This document shows positions 12,242-23,907 of a stretch of 64,000 bases of DNA, piece after piece; the first letter of the stretch is position 1; the number at the start of each line of letters is the position of its first letter. The DNA is from Trichodelitschia bisporula (lineage: Eukaryota). The translations under genes were made by a program, and so were the position numbers. Under the pieces are notes generated by a model. That model saw only the letters and a program-made list of their open reading frames with translations, was not told the origin of the DNA and did no database searches. The DNA lies in the NCBI GenBank assembly GCA_010356995.1, contig ML996697.1:492153-556152 (forward strand). The letters are read 5' to 3'.

Positions 12242-14320
12242 GGAACAAATCACTGATCTCGTCGGTCATCTTGACTGCTGTGTGGTCCAAACAAAGCTCG
12301 ATAAGAGTACACGCTTTTTTACGGCACCTACTCGGACAAGACAAACACGACGACTCTGGAATGCATTAATGGTTTGAACGGTTTTTCTAATGCAACGCTA
12401 CGGTAGTGTGTAATCAGACGTAATATCAGGAAAAATCTGCTAACGCATGCTTCCTTAACTCTTGACTTTGTGAATGACGTAGCACCAAGCGCGCCAATGA
12501 GAAGATCTTTTCATCAACAATATGGCACGCGAGCCGCGCCGCCCGGACGAGAGCCGCAATAGCTGGATACGGTACGTGGTACAGCACGGATCCTGGGAGG
12601 TAAATTCCGCCAATGCGCACGGCACCCGTTCCGCGGGCCTGCCCTTTGATGAGCTCGGATGTCCCGAGGGGGGTAGATGTGCACTATGCGAAGGGCGGGC
12701 CCGTGAGGTGGGGAATACGGAATGAGGAGGGGAGAGAGGGAAGGAGCGATATATAGCCGGGATGGGATGGCGCTCTTATCACACTGCTGGAGGAAGGAAG
12801 AGCGGCGAGTCATGCTGGAGCTTCCTCCGCGCCTGGTTCGAGTGGAATGGGATTTGGGAGCAGAGGATCCATCCTCACGCTTAGGTCCAGGTGGCATCCA
12901 GGGATGCGCATTCCCCATCCGCCGCCGCGACTCGCGGCCCGTGATGCAGGCCGGGACCGGGCGACTCATGAATCGGGCCAGAAACGCAGGTACAATTCTA
13001 GCACCGTTGGAGAAGCTGTGCTAGAACACGCCACCCCGTCCCGCCACCCGTTCGTCGAAACGTTCGGCTTGTTTTGCTGCGTTTCTGATCTCGCTCGGCG
13101 CAGCTTGGGAGTGGCAGTGTTCATCGCGGGTGGGTGTGAAACGGTCTAGCAGTCGCTGGGCAAGGCGGGTGTGCGACCGATACCTATTTCTAGCGGTTAA
13201 GTCTACGCTATTATTGTTCGTGTGCGACGGATGGACCGAGAGTGTTCCTTCCGGCATTTGCGGATTAGGTCTACGGTGTACAAATTTGATATCGGGCTTC
13301 ATGCCTCGCGCAAAGGCACGTGAAGGAAGGCATAATGCAACGAGCCCGGCCCCGCGAACTACTATCGCAAAAGATGGGAGCCGGTCCGGTGTCCGCAGGG
13401 ACAGGGCCGAGTTAATCGACGGCGTGCATGACAGTTTATATTGCTTGAGATTGGGGTTTGGTGCGGGACGGGGCGTGGTCTGCGCGGGTGACCCCGGCGC
13501 TGCGTGCGGGGGCAATATGGGCGAAGTTTGTTTTATGGCCATTGGGTGAGGGGCGGGCTATTGGCGATAGTGTGGGATGCAAGTGCATGCGGACTACTGT
13601 GGTAGCATGATGCACGAGAGAGAGGGAGCCGGGTTAGATACAGGCGGTAGTGGACTAGGTGCTTCGAGGTCCAACGGCGTGTACATCGTCCACGGTCGAC
13701 TTCTCTTCCCTTCAAACCTCGGAGGGAAGTCGATCGGGCGAGACCACTTCTGCGACCCGTGCCCGGCCCGCATCCGGCAGACGCACCGTTCCCGAGCGGC
13801 TCACCGGAATCATGCATGCGCATTTGACGGTGGAGGGAGGGTCGGCGGGCTACGGTTGGACGGTCGGGGCGATAGGATGCGTGCCTTTTGGCAAGCGCAT
13901 ATCAGATCCACCAGTAGAGAAGGATCACAGTCTGTCGATGTGCGGACGACGTACCTTCGACCTGCTTGTCCCACCATGCGGTATCTGCTCATCTACCACC
14001 GCAGACGCACCCGCGATGCACGGCGAGGCTGTGGAAGGGAGCGGATGCGGCAGGCCGGCTGGTGGGGGGGGATGATGTCCAGCGGGTGTGAGCGAATTGC
14101 GTGGGCTACTATCGTATTGGAGCTGATGGAGCTGACAGATAGAGGAGATGGGGAGGGGGATGAGATGCTGGGGAGCTTGACTCCGGGAGGAAGATGATGG
14201 GATGTAGATATCGTGTTCGGTGGGTACGAGGATTGCCATCTTTTCTCTCTTGGTGGAATGGTGCATGTCGTGCATCGACGGCGTCCCTCATCGTCGACAA
14301 GGTCCCCCCCAACCTCCATT

Positions 14321-14403
14321 CCTCCTCCCTCTATCGCTCCCATGCCTCCTCCCTCTATCCCTCCCATGCCTCCTCCCTCTATCCCTCCCATGCCTCCTCC
14401 ATG
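14321..14403. repeat. 24-bp minisatellite CCTCCTCCCTCTATCCCTCCCATG, about 3.5 copies
   Basis: Units at 14321, 14345 and 14369, plus a partial unit at 14393, read directly from the sequence. Confidence 0.9.
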
Positions 14404-14647
14404 CCTTCATCCTCCGTGCATTCTCGACGTCGTGCCTCATGCTTCATCGTCTTCCACGTTGGCTAGTTCTACTTTATCTACCCGCCTATTTCTCCCCCAC
14501 TCTCCCCCTAAATAAGCGCGTCAGGCCCGCTAGAGCTCACTAAACTCAGCCCCCAGCAACGCGTATCAGGCCTGGCCCTTGTTCCTTGCCCTCTTTCTCC
14601 ACTCTCCTTGCACTGTCGCCTCTCACAACAAGTCCCTCTCGCTCAGC

Positions 14648-14648
<1 letters not shown>

Positions 14649-14680
<32 letters not shown>
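14649..14680. repeat. (CT)n microsatellite in the pyrimidine-rich region upstream of OPY2
   Basis: Direct reading of a ctctctct tract with one interruption. Confidence 0.9.
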
Positions 14681-15372
14681 GCCTCTTCTCTTCACTTCAG
14701 CCCTCCCATCACTTCCCGTCCCCTCCCCTCCCGTCCTTCTTTCCGTCCCACCGTCAACGACCACCACCGCCTTCTTCTCCGAAAGATCTACAACTTCACC
14801 CCACCACGTCCAACTTCCCTCATCCTCTCACATCCTTTGTTCGTCTCTCGTTATCCATTATCGAAAAGACTCTTCTTCCTCCCTCAAAGTCCTCACCCTT
14901 CTCTTAAGCCAAACCCCCGGAAATCACCGCTGCCATCAGCCACGCCACATTCCCCCTTGATTGGGCTTTGTTAGGAACGAATTTCCAACGCCCCGCCACG
15001 CCCCGGAAACACTCGCTGCCAAAGGTCCCACTCCAACTCTCACCCTCCCCCCCCCCAGTCCACCCCCCGGAACGCGAGCCCAGAGAGAACAAAGGGTCGG
15101 ATGTCGTGATACTCTCTCCAGCCCCAATCCTTCCTTTATCCTCCAACTTTCTCTCGCTCAACCTCCCCCCCCCCCCTCCACCATAACCTCCGGACCATTC
15201 GCAGCCAGGCGCTCTCTTTCCGTCCATCATATCTTGTCTCTTTGGATATCATAACCCCCGTCAGGCGTGCCTGTCGCTCATACTTCCCGTCTCTGCTGCT
15301 GAGCGGCAATTTCATCCCTTTCCAACAACACGCCGTTGACTCGGCTCCCCATTCTCTCTTATCACCACAATC

Positions 15373-17010
15373 ATGGCTACGAACTTACTATCATTCGGTG
15401 AGCAAAGCAACCAAAAAGTTACCCGTGTCACAGGGTCTCTCGTAGTCATACTAAACGAAGCATCAGGACTCACATCCGCATTCCCCCTCGTCAAGCGCTG
15501 CGTACAATGTCCCAACGTCGCGCCCTCGTGTCCAACATGCAAAGGCGATGAAGTGTGCACGCAAACCGTCGCCAGCTGCGACACCTGCCCCGTCGCGCAA
15601 TGCATCAAGACCGCCCTCAGTGGCACCACCGCGTCCACGAGCGGCACATCCGACGGGCCTAACATCGGCGCCATCGTCGGCGGCGTCATGGGCGGCGTGG
15701 TCGCCGTCGCCATCATCGTCTTCCTCATCTGGAAATTCTTCCTCCACAGCCACCGCCACGATGTCGTTGACGACGGCGAGTGGCAGGACGCCGAGTACCC
15801 GCCCGAAAAGACGGCGCGCTCCGCCAATGCCTCCGTGCTGCGCGACGCCCGCTCCTCCACCCACACCGTCACGTCCATGGCGTCGACGGTGCTCACACGC
15901 GCCTCTAACATCATCCAAATCGCTTACATCCCCGGCGTAACCAACCGCTCCGGCACAGGCGGATCGCCAGCGCTCCTCGTCCCTCCCGTACCACCGATCC
16001 CCATCCCCACCGGCTCCCACACCGGCAGTCCCTACACCGACGACCAGCGCTTCTTCGTCCCCGCCGACCTGCGCGGCAGCACGTATAGCGATATGAGCGG
16101 CATGAGTGGCGATGCCATGAGCCGCAAGAGTGTCGCCAGCTCGCTGGTGCGCAACTCCATGGCCAGCACCGTGTACCGCGACTCCGCCGTCGTGAACCCT
16201 ATGCCCGCGCAGACCATCGTCCGCGGCAAGGCCGCTATGGTTCTGCTCAAGAGCGGCACGCCATCCTCCGCTGGCACGTCTGCCCACGCCACGCCTAGCA
16301 TCGGCAGCACCGACTTCGCGCCCGCCGCCTCCTCCCCGCTCGCCGCGCCTGCTGTCTCTGCCTCCGCCTCCACCACCTCCGCCCGCCCCGTCCTCATCAA
16401 AGTCCCCTCCTCTAGCGACACCCCCTCTAACCCCAACACCCTCAAGCCTTCCGCCGTGGGCTCCGTGCGCATGAAGCCCGTCGCGCTAAACATCGTGAAG
16501 AAGAGCAGCAAACCCACCGTCGCCGCCTCAATCGCCAGCTCCATCTCCGCCGCCAGCACGACCGCCGCGTCCGCCGTCCCTGCCGTCTCGGTTTCGCCGC
16601 CTAGCTCTGCGGGCACCGGGTCCACGGCCGTGGAATCGGCCCCGCTGCTCCCGGTTACGTATTCTCCGCGCGTCAATGCGCCGCCGTCCCCGCCCCGGCG
16701 GAGGGCGAGTGCGCTTACGGCTGAGAGTGTGGGAAGTGCGGCCCCGGGTGCACGGGCAAGGGCGAGTGTGCTGCGCACGCCCCGTATTGGCGGGGAGGAG
16801 TCAGATGAGGAGGAGGTTGGGGATGCGCATGAGCGGAGTCGACGGAGTTTACTGGGCGCTGTGGCACGCGCGGCGCGCGGAGGAGAGGTTTTGAGGGGAA
16901 GTGTAGGCGAGGGTCCGTTCTCTGATGACAAGGCCGCGCCGGCGAGCCCGGGGCTTACTCATTCTGGGGAGAGGGGACGAAGCCCGTTTGAGGATGAGCA
17001 TGCGGTTTAG
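15373..17010 (+). CDS. OPY2: Opy2-type membrane anchor of the HOG/filamentous-growth MAPK pathway
   Basis: Cys-rich Opy2 domain CVQCPNVAPSCPTCKGDEVCTQTVASCDTCPVAQC; single TM segment IGAIVGGVMGGVVAVAIIVFLIW; ASTVLTRASNIIQIAYIPGVT motif; terminal SPFED. Probable intron 15398-15466. Confidence 0.9.
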   Translation: MATNLLSFGEQSNQKVTRVTGSLVVILNEASGLTSAFPLVKRCVQCPNVAPSCPTCKGDEVCTQTVASCDTCPVAQCIKTALSGTTASTSGTSDGPNIGAIVGGVMGGVVAVAIIVFLIWKFFLHSHRHDVVDDGEWQDAEYPPEKTARSANASVLRDARSSTHTVTSMASTVLTRASNIIQIAYIPGVTNRSGTGGSPALLVPPVPPIPIPTGSHTGSPYTDDQRFFVPADLRGSTYSDMSGMSGDAMSRKSVASSLVRNSMASTVYRDSAVVNPMPAQTIVRGKAAMVLLKSGTPSSAGTSAHATPSIGSTDFAPAASSPLAAPAVSASASTTSARPVLIKVPSSSDTPSNPNTLKPSAVGSVRMKPVALNIVKKSSKPTVAASIASSISAASTTAASAVPAVSVSPPSSAGTGSTAVESAPLLPVTYSPRVNAPPSPPRRRASALTAESVGSAAPGARARASVLRTPRIGGEESDEEEVGDAHERSRRSLLGAVARAARGGEVLRGSVGEGPFSDDKAAPASPGLTHSGERGRSPFEDEHAV

Positions 17011-18096
17011 AGGCGGTTTTTGGTTATGAATTAAGGGGTTTGGATTGGGTGGTGTTTTGGCGGTGTTGCGGGGTGTGTTTATATGTTGCCCTTTTTTGGG
17101 ATTCTTGGGTAGGCCCATTTGGGAGCTCTTTTGATGTATTTAGTGGTCCTGGATCCTGGATGGAGGGACTGTATGTAGGTGTGGAGGTAGAGGGGATGAA
17201 CGAAGATGTTGTCTATATGACCTTCCCTTGCTTCAAGTGTGATGTGCTCTGAGTCCGGTAAACGAGTGATATTCGCTCGGTATGGTAACGGCATGCCGAC
17301 AGATGACAGCGGCTTTCATGTCCAGCAATACGATATGTTGATTACGCGGATTCTAACTCCCATCCAACCCTCCCCACACTCGCTGCCCTCCTGGCGAAGG
17401 CGGCATGTCTAACGCGGACGCTCTGGCGAACCGAACTACCCCTCCATCGCCACTTCGTTGTCTAACATACACTCTCAGGACGCATTCATCAAGAGCACGG
17501 TACACAATGCAGCAAAATACCGAAGCCACCCAAAAACAGCAACGACGCGAGGCGCAACAGCGCGCTCCAATACACGAGGAGAAGCAAAAGGATAAGCAGA
17601 ATCGCAGAAATACGCCATTACCAGGCAGCAATATCCCGCGAATGCATATGAGAAAAGAAAAGAATAAACCACCCAGCGTAAAGACAAAGCCTCGGTGCTC
17701 TTGCTCTCCCACCGTCAGATATCACGGAGCCGAGACAAAGATGAGAGAGGGAGAGGGAGAGAGAGAGCGGAGCTTCCGCCTACACCCTTCCTTCGTCCCC
17801 GTGGAAGAATAGAAAGTCGCCGGCACAAAGGGAAAAAGCGTCTCGTTCCCTTCTCCGCTTCAAGCCGCAGCCGTGAACAATGGGAGTAGTAAGGAAAAGG
17901 CCGCCGTCTAGACGCCATTGCGCCGCAGGGCCGTGCCGCGAGTCTAAATATGTAGGCAGCCGCCGGGCCGTCGTCGTGGATCTATCATTCGCGATCCGGG
18001 TATCAAAGGGTTTGGTGATGTAAGGTGCACAAGGTGATCGCAGGACACTGCCCGCGCGTCTTTTGCCGCGTGGAGTAGACGTCGCTTCGTAGCAAG

Positions 18097-19340
18097 CTAC
18101 TGGACTTCACCAGGTGCGGCGTAGAGGCCGTGTTCCTCGATGTAGCCGATGACAGGTTCCGGCACCAGGAAGCGGATGCTCTCGTTCTTGCGCAGCGAGG
18201 AGCGGATCTTGGTGCTGCTAACATCGTTGCGGATTTTCTACTGCGGGTTAGGTGGCTGGAATCTTAGGGATGCTGGAGTGCGCGTACCTGCTTGATGACA
18301 TAGATGTGCTCGCGCCACTCGGGCTGCAACTTGGTCAAGATGTCGTTCAAGTCCGTGCCGGCGCGCTCGATGATAAAGGCGCCAACTACGCCGGCTGTTA
18401 GCTACCTCGTGTCGGGAATGCAGGAATGAAGCGCAACGTACAGTCACATAGGATGTGCGTGAGATCTACAGGTGACCAGACACCGGGGTTGATGAACGTC
18501 TCGACCAGATCGGCACCTCCGAGCAGCGCAACGCGCACGCGGACCTTGTTGCCATCCGCGTCCTCGACGCCACCCATTCGATCGTTGAGCTCGTAGTTGA
18601 AGTGATCGAGCACCTTGGCCGTGGGCTGGTACTGCTTCTGTGTGGGCGTGAGTCTCTGGTTCGACGTATGTGTGTCTGGAGAGACATACCTGGCGCGCCT
18701 CCCACGTATCGACCATGATAACACCCTGGGCATACTGCTGAACCGCCAGCTCGCACATGTTCACACGGTCTTTGGCGGCGGCCAGTCCGTCCTTCTTGTA
18801 GGCATCACCAACAGGTGACAGGTCTACTCCCGTCAGTACGTGCGCCGCTCCCCAAGCTACCGCAAGGACGGGAACTCACAGCCGCCGATGAGTGTGTACC
18901 GCGTATTCTCACGAGCCCAGTCCTTGACCATCTACATGCGTAAGCACAGCACGGCACCACAGGGGCATGCAGCAAGATCTTACTTCGAACATCCGAAGAT
19001 GCACTGCGAGATATGATATTAGCTACACCACGCCTCAAGCTCACACAATGGCACACCTACAGTACGTAATGGGCGAGAAGGACCCGCAAGCCGCCAATAC
19101 CAGCGGCGTACGCCCGCGATCCTTTTCCCCCAGCTTCATACGTAGCCGGCTGGTAGGCAGGGCATATCCCGTCAACTCCTCGCTACTGTGCCCGTTGCTG
19201 TTGTTCGCCGACGAAGGGCCCGGCGTCGACGGTGCGATGCCATCCAGCGCGAGAGAGGCGTACGTCGTGCCATTCGGCTGGACGGGCAGGTTCGCACCAC
19301 CGCCGTCCGGCAGGTATGCGGGGGAGGAAGAGTTGGTCAT
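18097..19340 (-). CDS. NMA1: Nicotinamide/nicotinate mononucleotide adenylyltransferase (NMNAT)
   Basis: Seven exons: 19340-19061, 19003-18984, 18931-18880, 18823-18690, 18637-18442, 18385-18288, 18237-18097. Motifs ACGSFSPITYLHLRMFE, SPVGDAYKK, MVDTWEA, LLGGADL, PGVWS, NDVSSTKIR. Confidence 0.95.
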
Positions 19341-21834
19341 GCTGGCGGTGATGTTACGGGGGACGTAGTGGGGTGCGGGGTGGGTTGTGCGCCGCGGGAG
19401 ACCGGGTCGCGGGCGGGGCGGAGGGCGGAGCGGAGCGGAGGGCGGAGGGCGGAGGGCGGGGGAGGTTGCAGGTGCGGGAGGGGTTGTGCGGTTGCTGCCT
19501 GGCGGAGAGGAGGGGTTGGGGGGGTTAAATGGGGGTGGATTTTTGAGTCGGTGATTGCCGGCTTCGACGGGTGACTCAATGGGGACTGCGGAGTCGGGGA
19601 GGCGAGGCGTGGTGGATGTTCGAGTTATTGTTGTTCTCGGCCGGTCGGCTGGGGTGGTAGTTGTTGGTTTGTGAAAGGATTTCAAATGGCGTAAGCGGGG
19701 AGGGGGGGGTTGATGGGGATGTGTGGGATGAGGGTTGGGGGTGAGGGGTGAGGGGTGAGGGGAAGTGGGGGTAATAGAGGCAGAAAGATGTGGATATTGG
19801 AATGAGGATGGAATGGAAATAGAATGGGGATGGGATGGGGATTAGGACATGAAGTGCAAGATTGATGAAGAGTGAATCGGCGCGCTGTGTGTTCGGGAAA
19901 AGGTTGTCAGTGTCCCTTCGGTGTCGTGTCTATCATCTAGAACTACTCCGCTGCCGAAGCGCTTGTTGTCTTTAACCGTTTTCCGAACCGCTGAACGCCT
20001 ATTTACTAGCCTTTCACTGCCTCTGCAGTCTCGCCTCACTCCATTCACAATGATTGATCAGTCAACGGCGGAATTGCTCAATCATCGCTCACTGCCTGCA
20101 TTAGTTCCTTCTGTAAATCAGCCGCAGCCGAGGAATCAACGGCCGTCTCCGGGCGACGTCTAATGCATGTACAACGACCTCTTATACATATGTACAATAA
20201 GCGCGCTAATCAAAGGTCGCAAATCCATTCAAAGCACCTCCTTTCATCATAAAAAGGCACATAGCACACATCGCCTCAACGCCTTTGCCATGCTGTTCAC
20301 GTGTTTCTCCCAGTGGGGGGGGCGAATGTCGCGACATTTCAGCCTCCCTCACCGACAAAGAACCCACATCTCCGCTGTAGCCTAAACGCATGTCATCCAC
20401 CGAGCAACAGCATCCAATCCCTCTCCCACCAGTCACCTACATCTAACACCCCCACCAGGCATCATCACCACAACACAGCATCCCCTCCTGCATACTGTAC
20501 TGCATCCTCACTCGCAACGTAATCCCCGCCCCTCTCGCCGCACACAACGGATCCATCCCGCGCACCGCATTCGACCCGCTCGCAACAGTGCACAACCACC
20601 GGCATATCCCACGGTCGCTGATGCATGCCGTTGAGCCCCAAGACACCGGACAGCAGCAGTGTAGCGTAGCGGCTGCATCACCCTCGTCCCAGCCTGACCA
20701 TCCAGTATGCCAGCGTTCACTTGTCCCCCTTCCCTCGAAGCAAACGTGGCCCCCACCTGTCCATTCTTCATCCGCCCCAGCCCTCGAGCATAGGGCTGCT
20801 CCCGCCCCTGTAACCTCACTCGCACGACGCGGATCCGCACAGCACGGCAGCCTGCCGCCGAAATGATGCATGCCCGCATCGGTGTCCCCTGATTCAAGGC
20901 TCCCGAGTCTGCGGCGCCGGCCCGGTTCCGCTCCCCTTACATCATTGTGCTAGCCGCTTCGTCGGTGGGGCGTGAGGTGGCCGGCTTCTTTTGATTCCTA
21001 GTGCTTCGTAAGTCGGAATGTAGCTGTTGATGATCTAGTCGGCTAGAATTACAGCACCTTGAACCACTGATCGATGGTGGATGCCAGTTGTAAGGATGTA
21101 TGAGGGGGTTGGTGTCGGACTTCGAAGTGGTTCGAGGTAATGTGTGCGAGTAGTTCAGCTTCGAGCTGTATAAGGGTCTCCCTATATCGGATAAGATGGG
21201 TGCGGATATTGAGTCCAGACTCGCTTGGACGTTTCCACATGCCATGCGTCTCCCAATCTTTGGGTACAGTATACCCTGTACTCCTTGCTGTATTGTCAAT
21301 CAGGGAGATCTACGATCTTGGAGGGAACAGAGCAGTTCATACGACAGCGGGAGTGGTTTCTAGAGATGATGGTGATTAGATGATATGTAGAGCACCTTCT
21401 CTCTGTGATGAGTCCTAACTACATTGCCCCACCTCGGCGGCTCCTTCTTAACCACCCGTAGAAAGAAGCCGCGAAGGCCCCTAGCCAAGATAAAGCTAGG
21501 AAGAAAGCATCCAGCCATGGGAAGATGACCACGAGCCCTCCCCGTCAGCTCGCGCCACCAACAGCGGATATCAAAGAAAAAAGCAGACTGTATCGTCCAT
21601 GAGGGTGTACCAACATCCCTCATCCTCGGTATATGCTCTCGTACCTCCATCCAAATGGCCCATACCCTACACCCCCAAACCAGGCCGTCATAAGCCGTAC
21701 CCGCCCAACTCCTCCCATGTCACATCAATATGCCTAGAAAATAGCCACAAGGCGGTGGCCAACCCGCAAGACAAGCCTCCGTCTATGAGACCCAAAACCG
21801 AAATATCCAAATAGTACCCGGGTATAAACATCCT

Positions 21835-23907
21835 CTAAGCCGCAACCGCACCCTTCATCCCTCGCCGCCACAATAAACCCCGTTTTACCGTCGTCGTCGA
21901 CGAGGCTGTTCCCGGCCTCTCCCTCTCCCTCTCCCTCTCCCTCTCCCTCTCTCTTCCCCTCTCAGCCTCAATTGCCGGCGGCAACGGTGGCAGCGGCGGC
22001 ACCACAAACGTCGGCCGCGTCCCATGCATCGACACGCGCGTATGCCGCCTCCTCGCCTTCTCAAACGCAATCTTGCGCTCCTCTGCACTCTTCTCCTCCT
22101 TGTCCCTCGGTCTCGCAACCACCTCCTCACTCCCACCACTCAACCGGTCCTCCTCCCCAATCCCCAACCCAACCACCTTGCGCTCCTCCACCTCCACCCC
22201 TTCACAGCAAACCCCAACCATAATCCCCCCCTCCCCAATCAAACACTCCCTAACCCGCGCACACACCTCCCTTACGCCCGGCCGTCTCTCCGGCCTCGGA
22301 TCTAGCATGTCGCCGATTAGTTGCACAAGGCCCGGCACTGCGGCGAGCGGGGCAGCCTCGCCGCTCGTACCCGCCAGCGTCTTCGCGTCGCGCGCCAGCT
22401 GCGCCAGCCACATCGCCGTCAGCGTCGCGTTGTTGGCGAAGCTAGCGTCGGGCATTGCCGTGCCTTTCACTTTCGTGCTCCGTGCCTTCGCGAATGCCCC
22501 GGGCTTGTGCTTCCCCGCGAAGGTCAGGATGTCGGCGTACACGCACCCGAGGCTGAAGATGTCGGCTGCCATGGCGGAAGCCGGGACAGCGGGCGTGGGA
22601 CGCACGTTTGGAACGTTGGGGTGGGCGGGGGAGGAGGTTGTTATTGACGGGATTGAGGGGATGGAGAAGGCGGTGGAGAGGGAGGCGGGGGGTGAGGGGG
22701 GTGGGTGTGTTGGCATGGCGGGGACGGAGAGCGCGAAGGCCCCGACCCGGTAAGGGAGGCCAGGTGACGAGCCGCCGCTTGTGGCTGTGCTGGCGCTGGT
22801 TGCGGGGCTGGGGAGACGCTCGAGGCTGGCGGTTGCGCTGGGTGGCGGGGTTGAAGGGTCAATGGACCCTTTGCGGGAACCGCCGTCGACGGAGCGCTTG
22901 CGCCGGTGGAGGAAACCTGTCTTTTGGGGGACGGGGCGTGCGGGCTCCGGGGTGGGTTGCAGCTCGGGCGGTGCGTAGGTCACGGCTTCGGTGGGCGGAA
23001 GGCGCTTGTCCCGCTGTAGGACGGGGAGCGAGGGGATGTCGGCGAAGGCGATGGCGTTGTTCTCGTCGATTAGGATGTTGGTCGGTGATATGCCCCCGTG
23101 CGGCAGGCCTGCCGCGTGTAGTGCGCTCAGGGCGGAGGCTAGGCAGTGCAGCCATCCGAGTAGCGTCGTGTACTTCGCGTGCTTAGACAACTTGTGCAGC
23201 GACGCTGGTGTCCGGAAGTCGATGAAAGATTTTAGTGTGTGCTCCGCCACGAACGTCGTCAGCGTGTACCCGTAGTTCTTGAGCGTGTAGCTAGCCCATA
23301 TGGGCGCGATGTGTGCGTGGGACACGGTGCGGGCGGTTTTTATATCCGCTAGGAACTCGGCCTCGGCGCGCTCGTCGATTTCGTCCTTGGCGAAGGCGAG
23401 TTGGATTCTTCGTCGGACGTACACCTCCCCTGGCCGCCGGGGGAGATGGACACGGGGCCAGGGTTGTAGGGCTGCCGCCGGGGGGAGCCGGTGCACGTAC
23501 TCGGTGGGAATGACCTCGTTGGGCGCGTACTGGATATGCGCTCCTTCCGTGAGGGGTCTGAGCAGGTACTGGAACTGCGTGGAATGGAACTTGGCATACA
23601 CGGCCTCGGTGCCCTTCGCCGCCAGCGCAGTTCGCACCTCGGCGAGCGGTATCGGCAAGTCATCGTCCTCCCAGCTATCGTCCACAACCCCGAAGATCAG
23701 GTCGGGCACGCCGCACTCGACGAGGATTAGATACAGGCGCTTAGCGCGCCGCTCTATCCACTCGACGTAAGTGTCGTCTGTGAGGGCGGCGCCGAAGGCG
23801 ACGGGTCTTTGGAGGAGGGGGCGGTTTTCTGGCGAGAGTTTGGAGAGGATGAAGGGCCGGGTTACCTTTGAGGCGATGCGCGTGTCGGTCCACCAGATTT
23901 GTTGGAT
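21835..23907 (-). CDS. Protein kinase-like protein, probably a pseudokinase; 5' start uncertain (no in-frame ATG)
   Basis: Frame open from about 24141 to 21835. N-terminal block QIWWTD...DDTYVEWI...PDLIFGVVDDSWEDDDLPI; kinase subdomains HAHIAPIWASY, HGGISPTNILID, YAPPE, ADIFSLGCVYADIL, MLDPRPERRP. Confidence 0.82.
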   Translation of the reverse strand: MQQIWWTDTRIASKVTRPFILSKLSPENRPLLQRPVAFGAALTDDTYVEWIERRAKRLYLILVECGVPDLIFGVVDDSWEDDDLPIPLAEVRTALAAKGTEAVYAKFHSTQFQYLLRPLTEGAHIQYAPNEVIPTEYVHRLPPAAALQPWPRVHLPRRPGEVYVRRRIQLAFAKDEIDERAEAEFLADIKTARTVSHAHIAPIWASYTLKNYGYTLTTFVAEHTLKSFIDFRTPASLHKLSKHAKYTTLLGWLHCLASALSALHAAGLPHGGISPTNILIDENNAIAFADIPSLPVLQRDKRLPPTEAVTYAPPELQPTPEPARPVPQKTGFLHRRKRSVDGGSRKGSIDPSTPPPSATASLERLPSPATSASTATSGGSSPGLPYRVGAFALSVPAMPTHPPPSPPASLSTAFSIPSIPSITTSSPAHPNVPNVRPTPAVPASAMAADIFSLGCVYADILTFAGKHKPGAFAKARSTKVKGTAMPDASFANNATLTAMWLAQLARDAKTLAGTSGEAAPLAAVPGLVQLIGDMLDPRPERRPGVREVCARVRECLIGEGGIMVGVCCEGVEVEERKVVGLGIGEEDRLSGGSEEVVARPRDKEEKSAEERKIAFEKARRRHTRVSMHGTRPTFVVPPLPPLPPAIEAERGRERERERERERERPGTASSTTTVKRGLLWRRGMKGAVAA

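Noticed and set aside
20937..21420. Lower-GC segment with short protein-like ORFs (possible relic of a gene or transposon)
   Set aside because: No recognisable domain, terminal repeats or consistent splice structure.
21917..21952. (CTCTCC)n tract
   Set aside because: It lies within the pseudokinase CDS and encodes an ordinary ER dipeptide low-complexity run.
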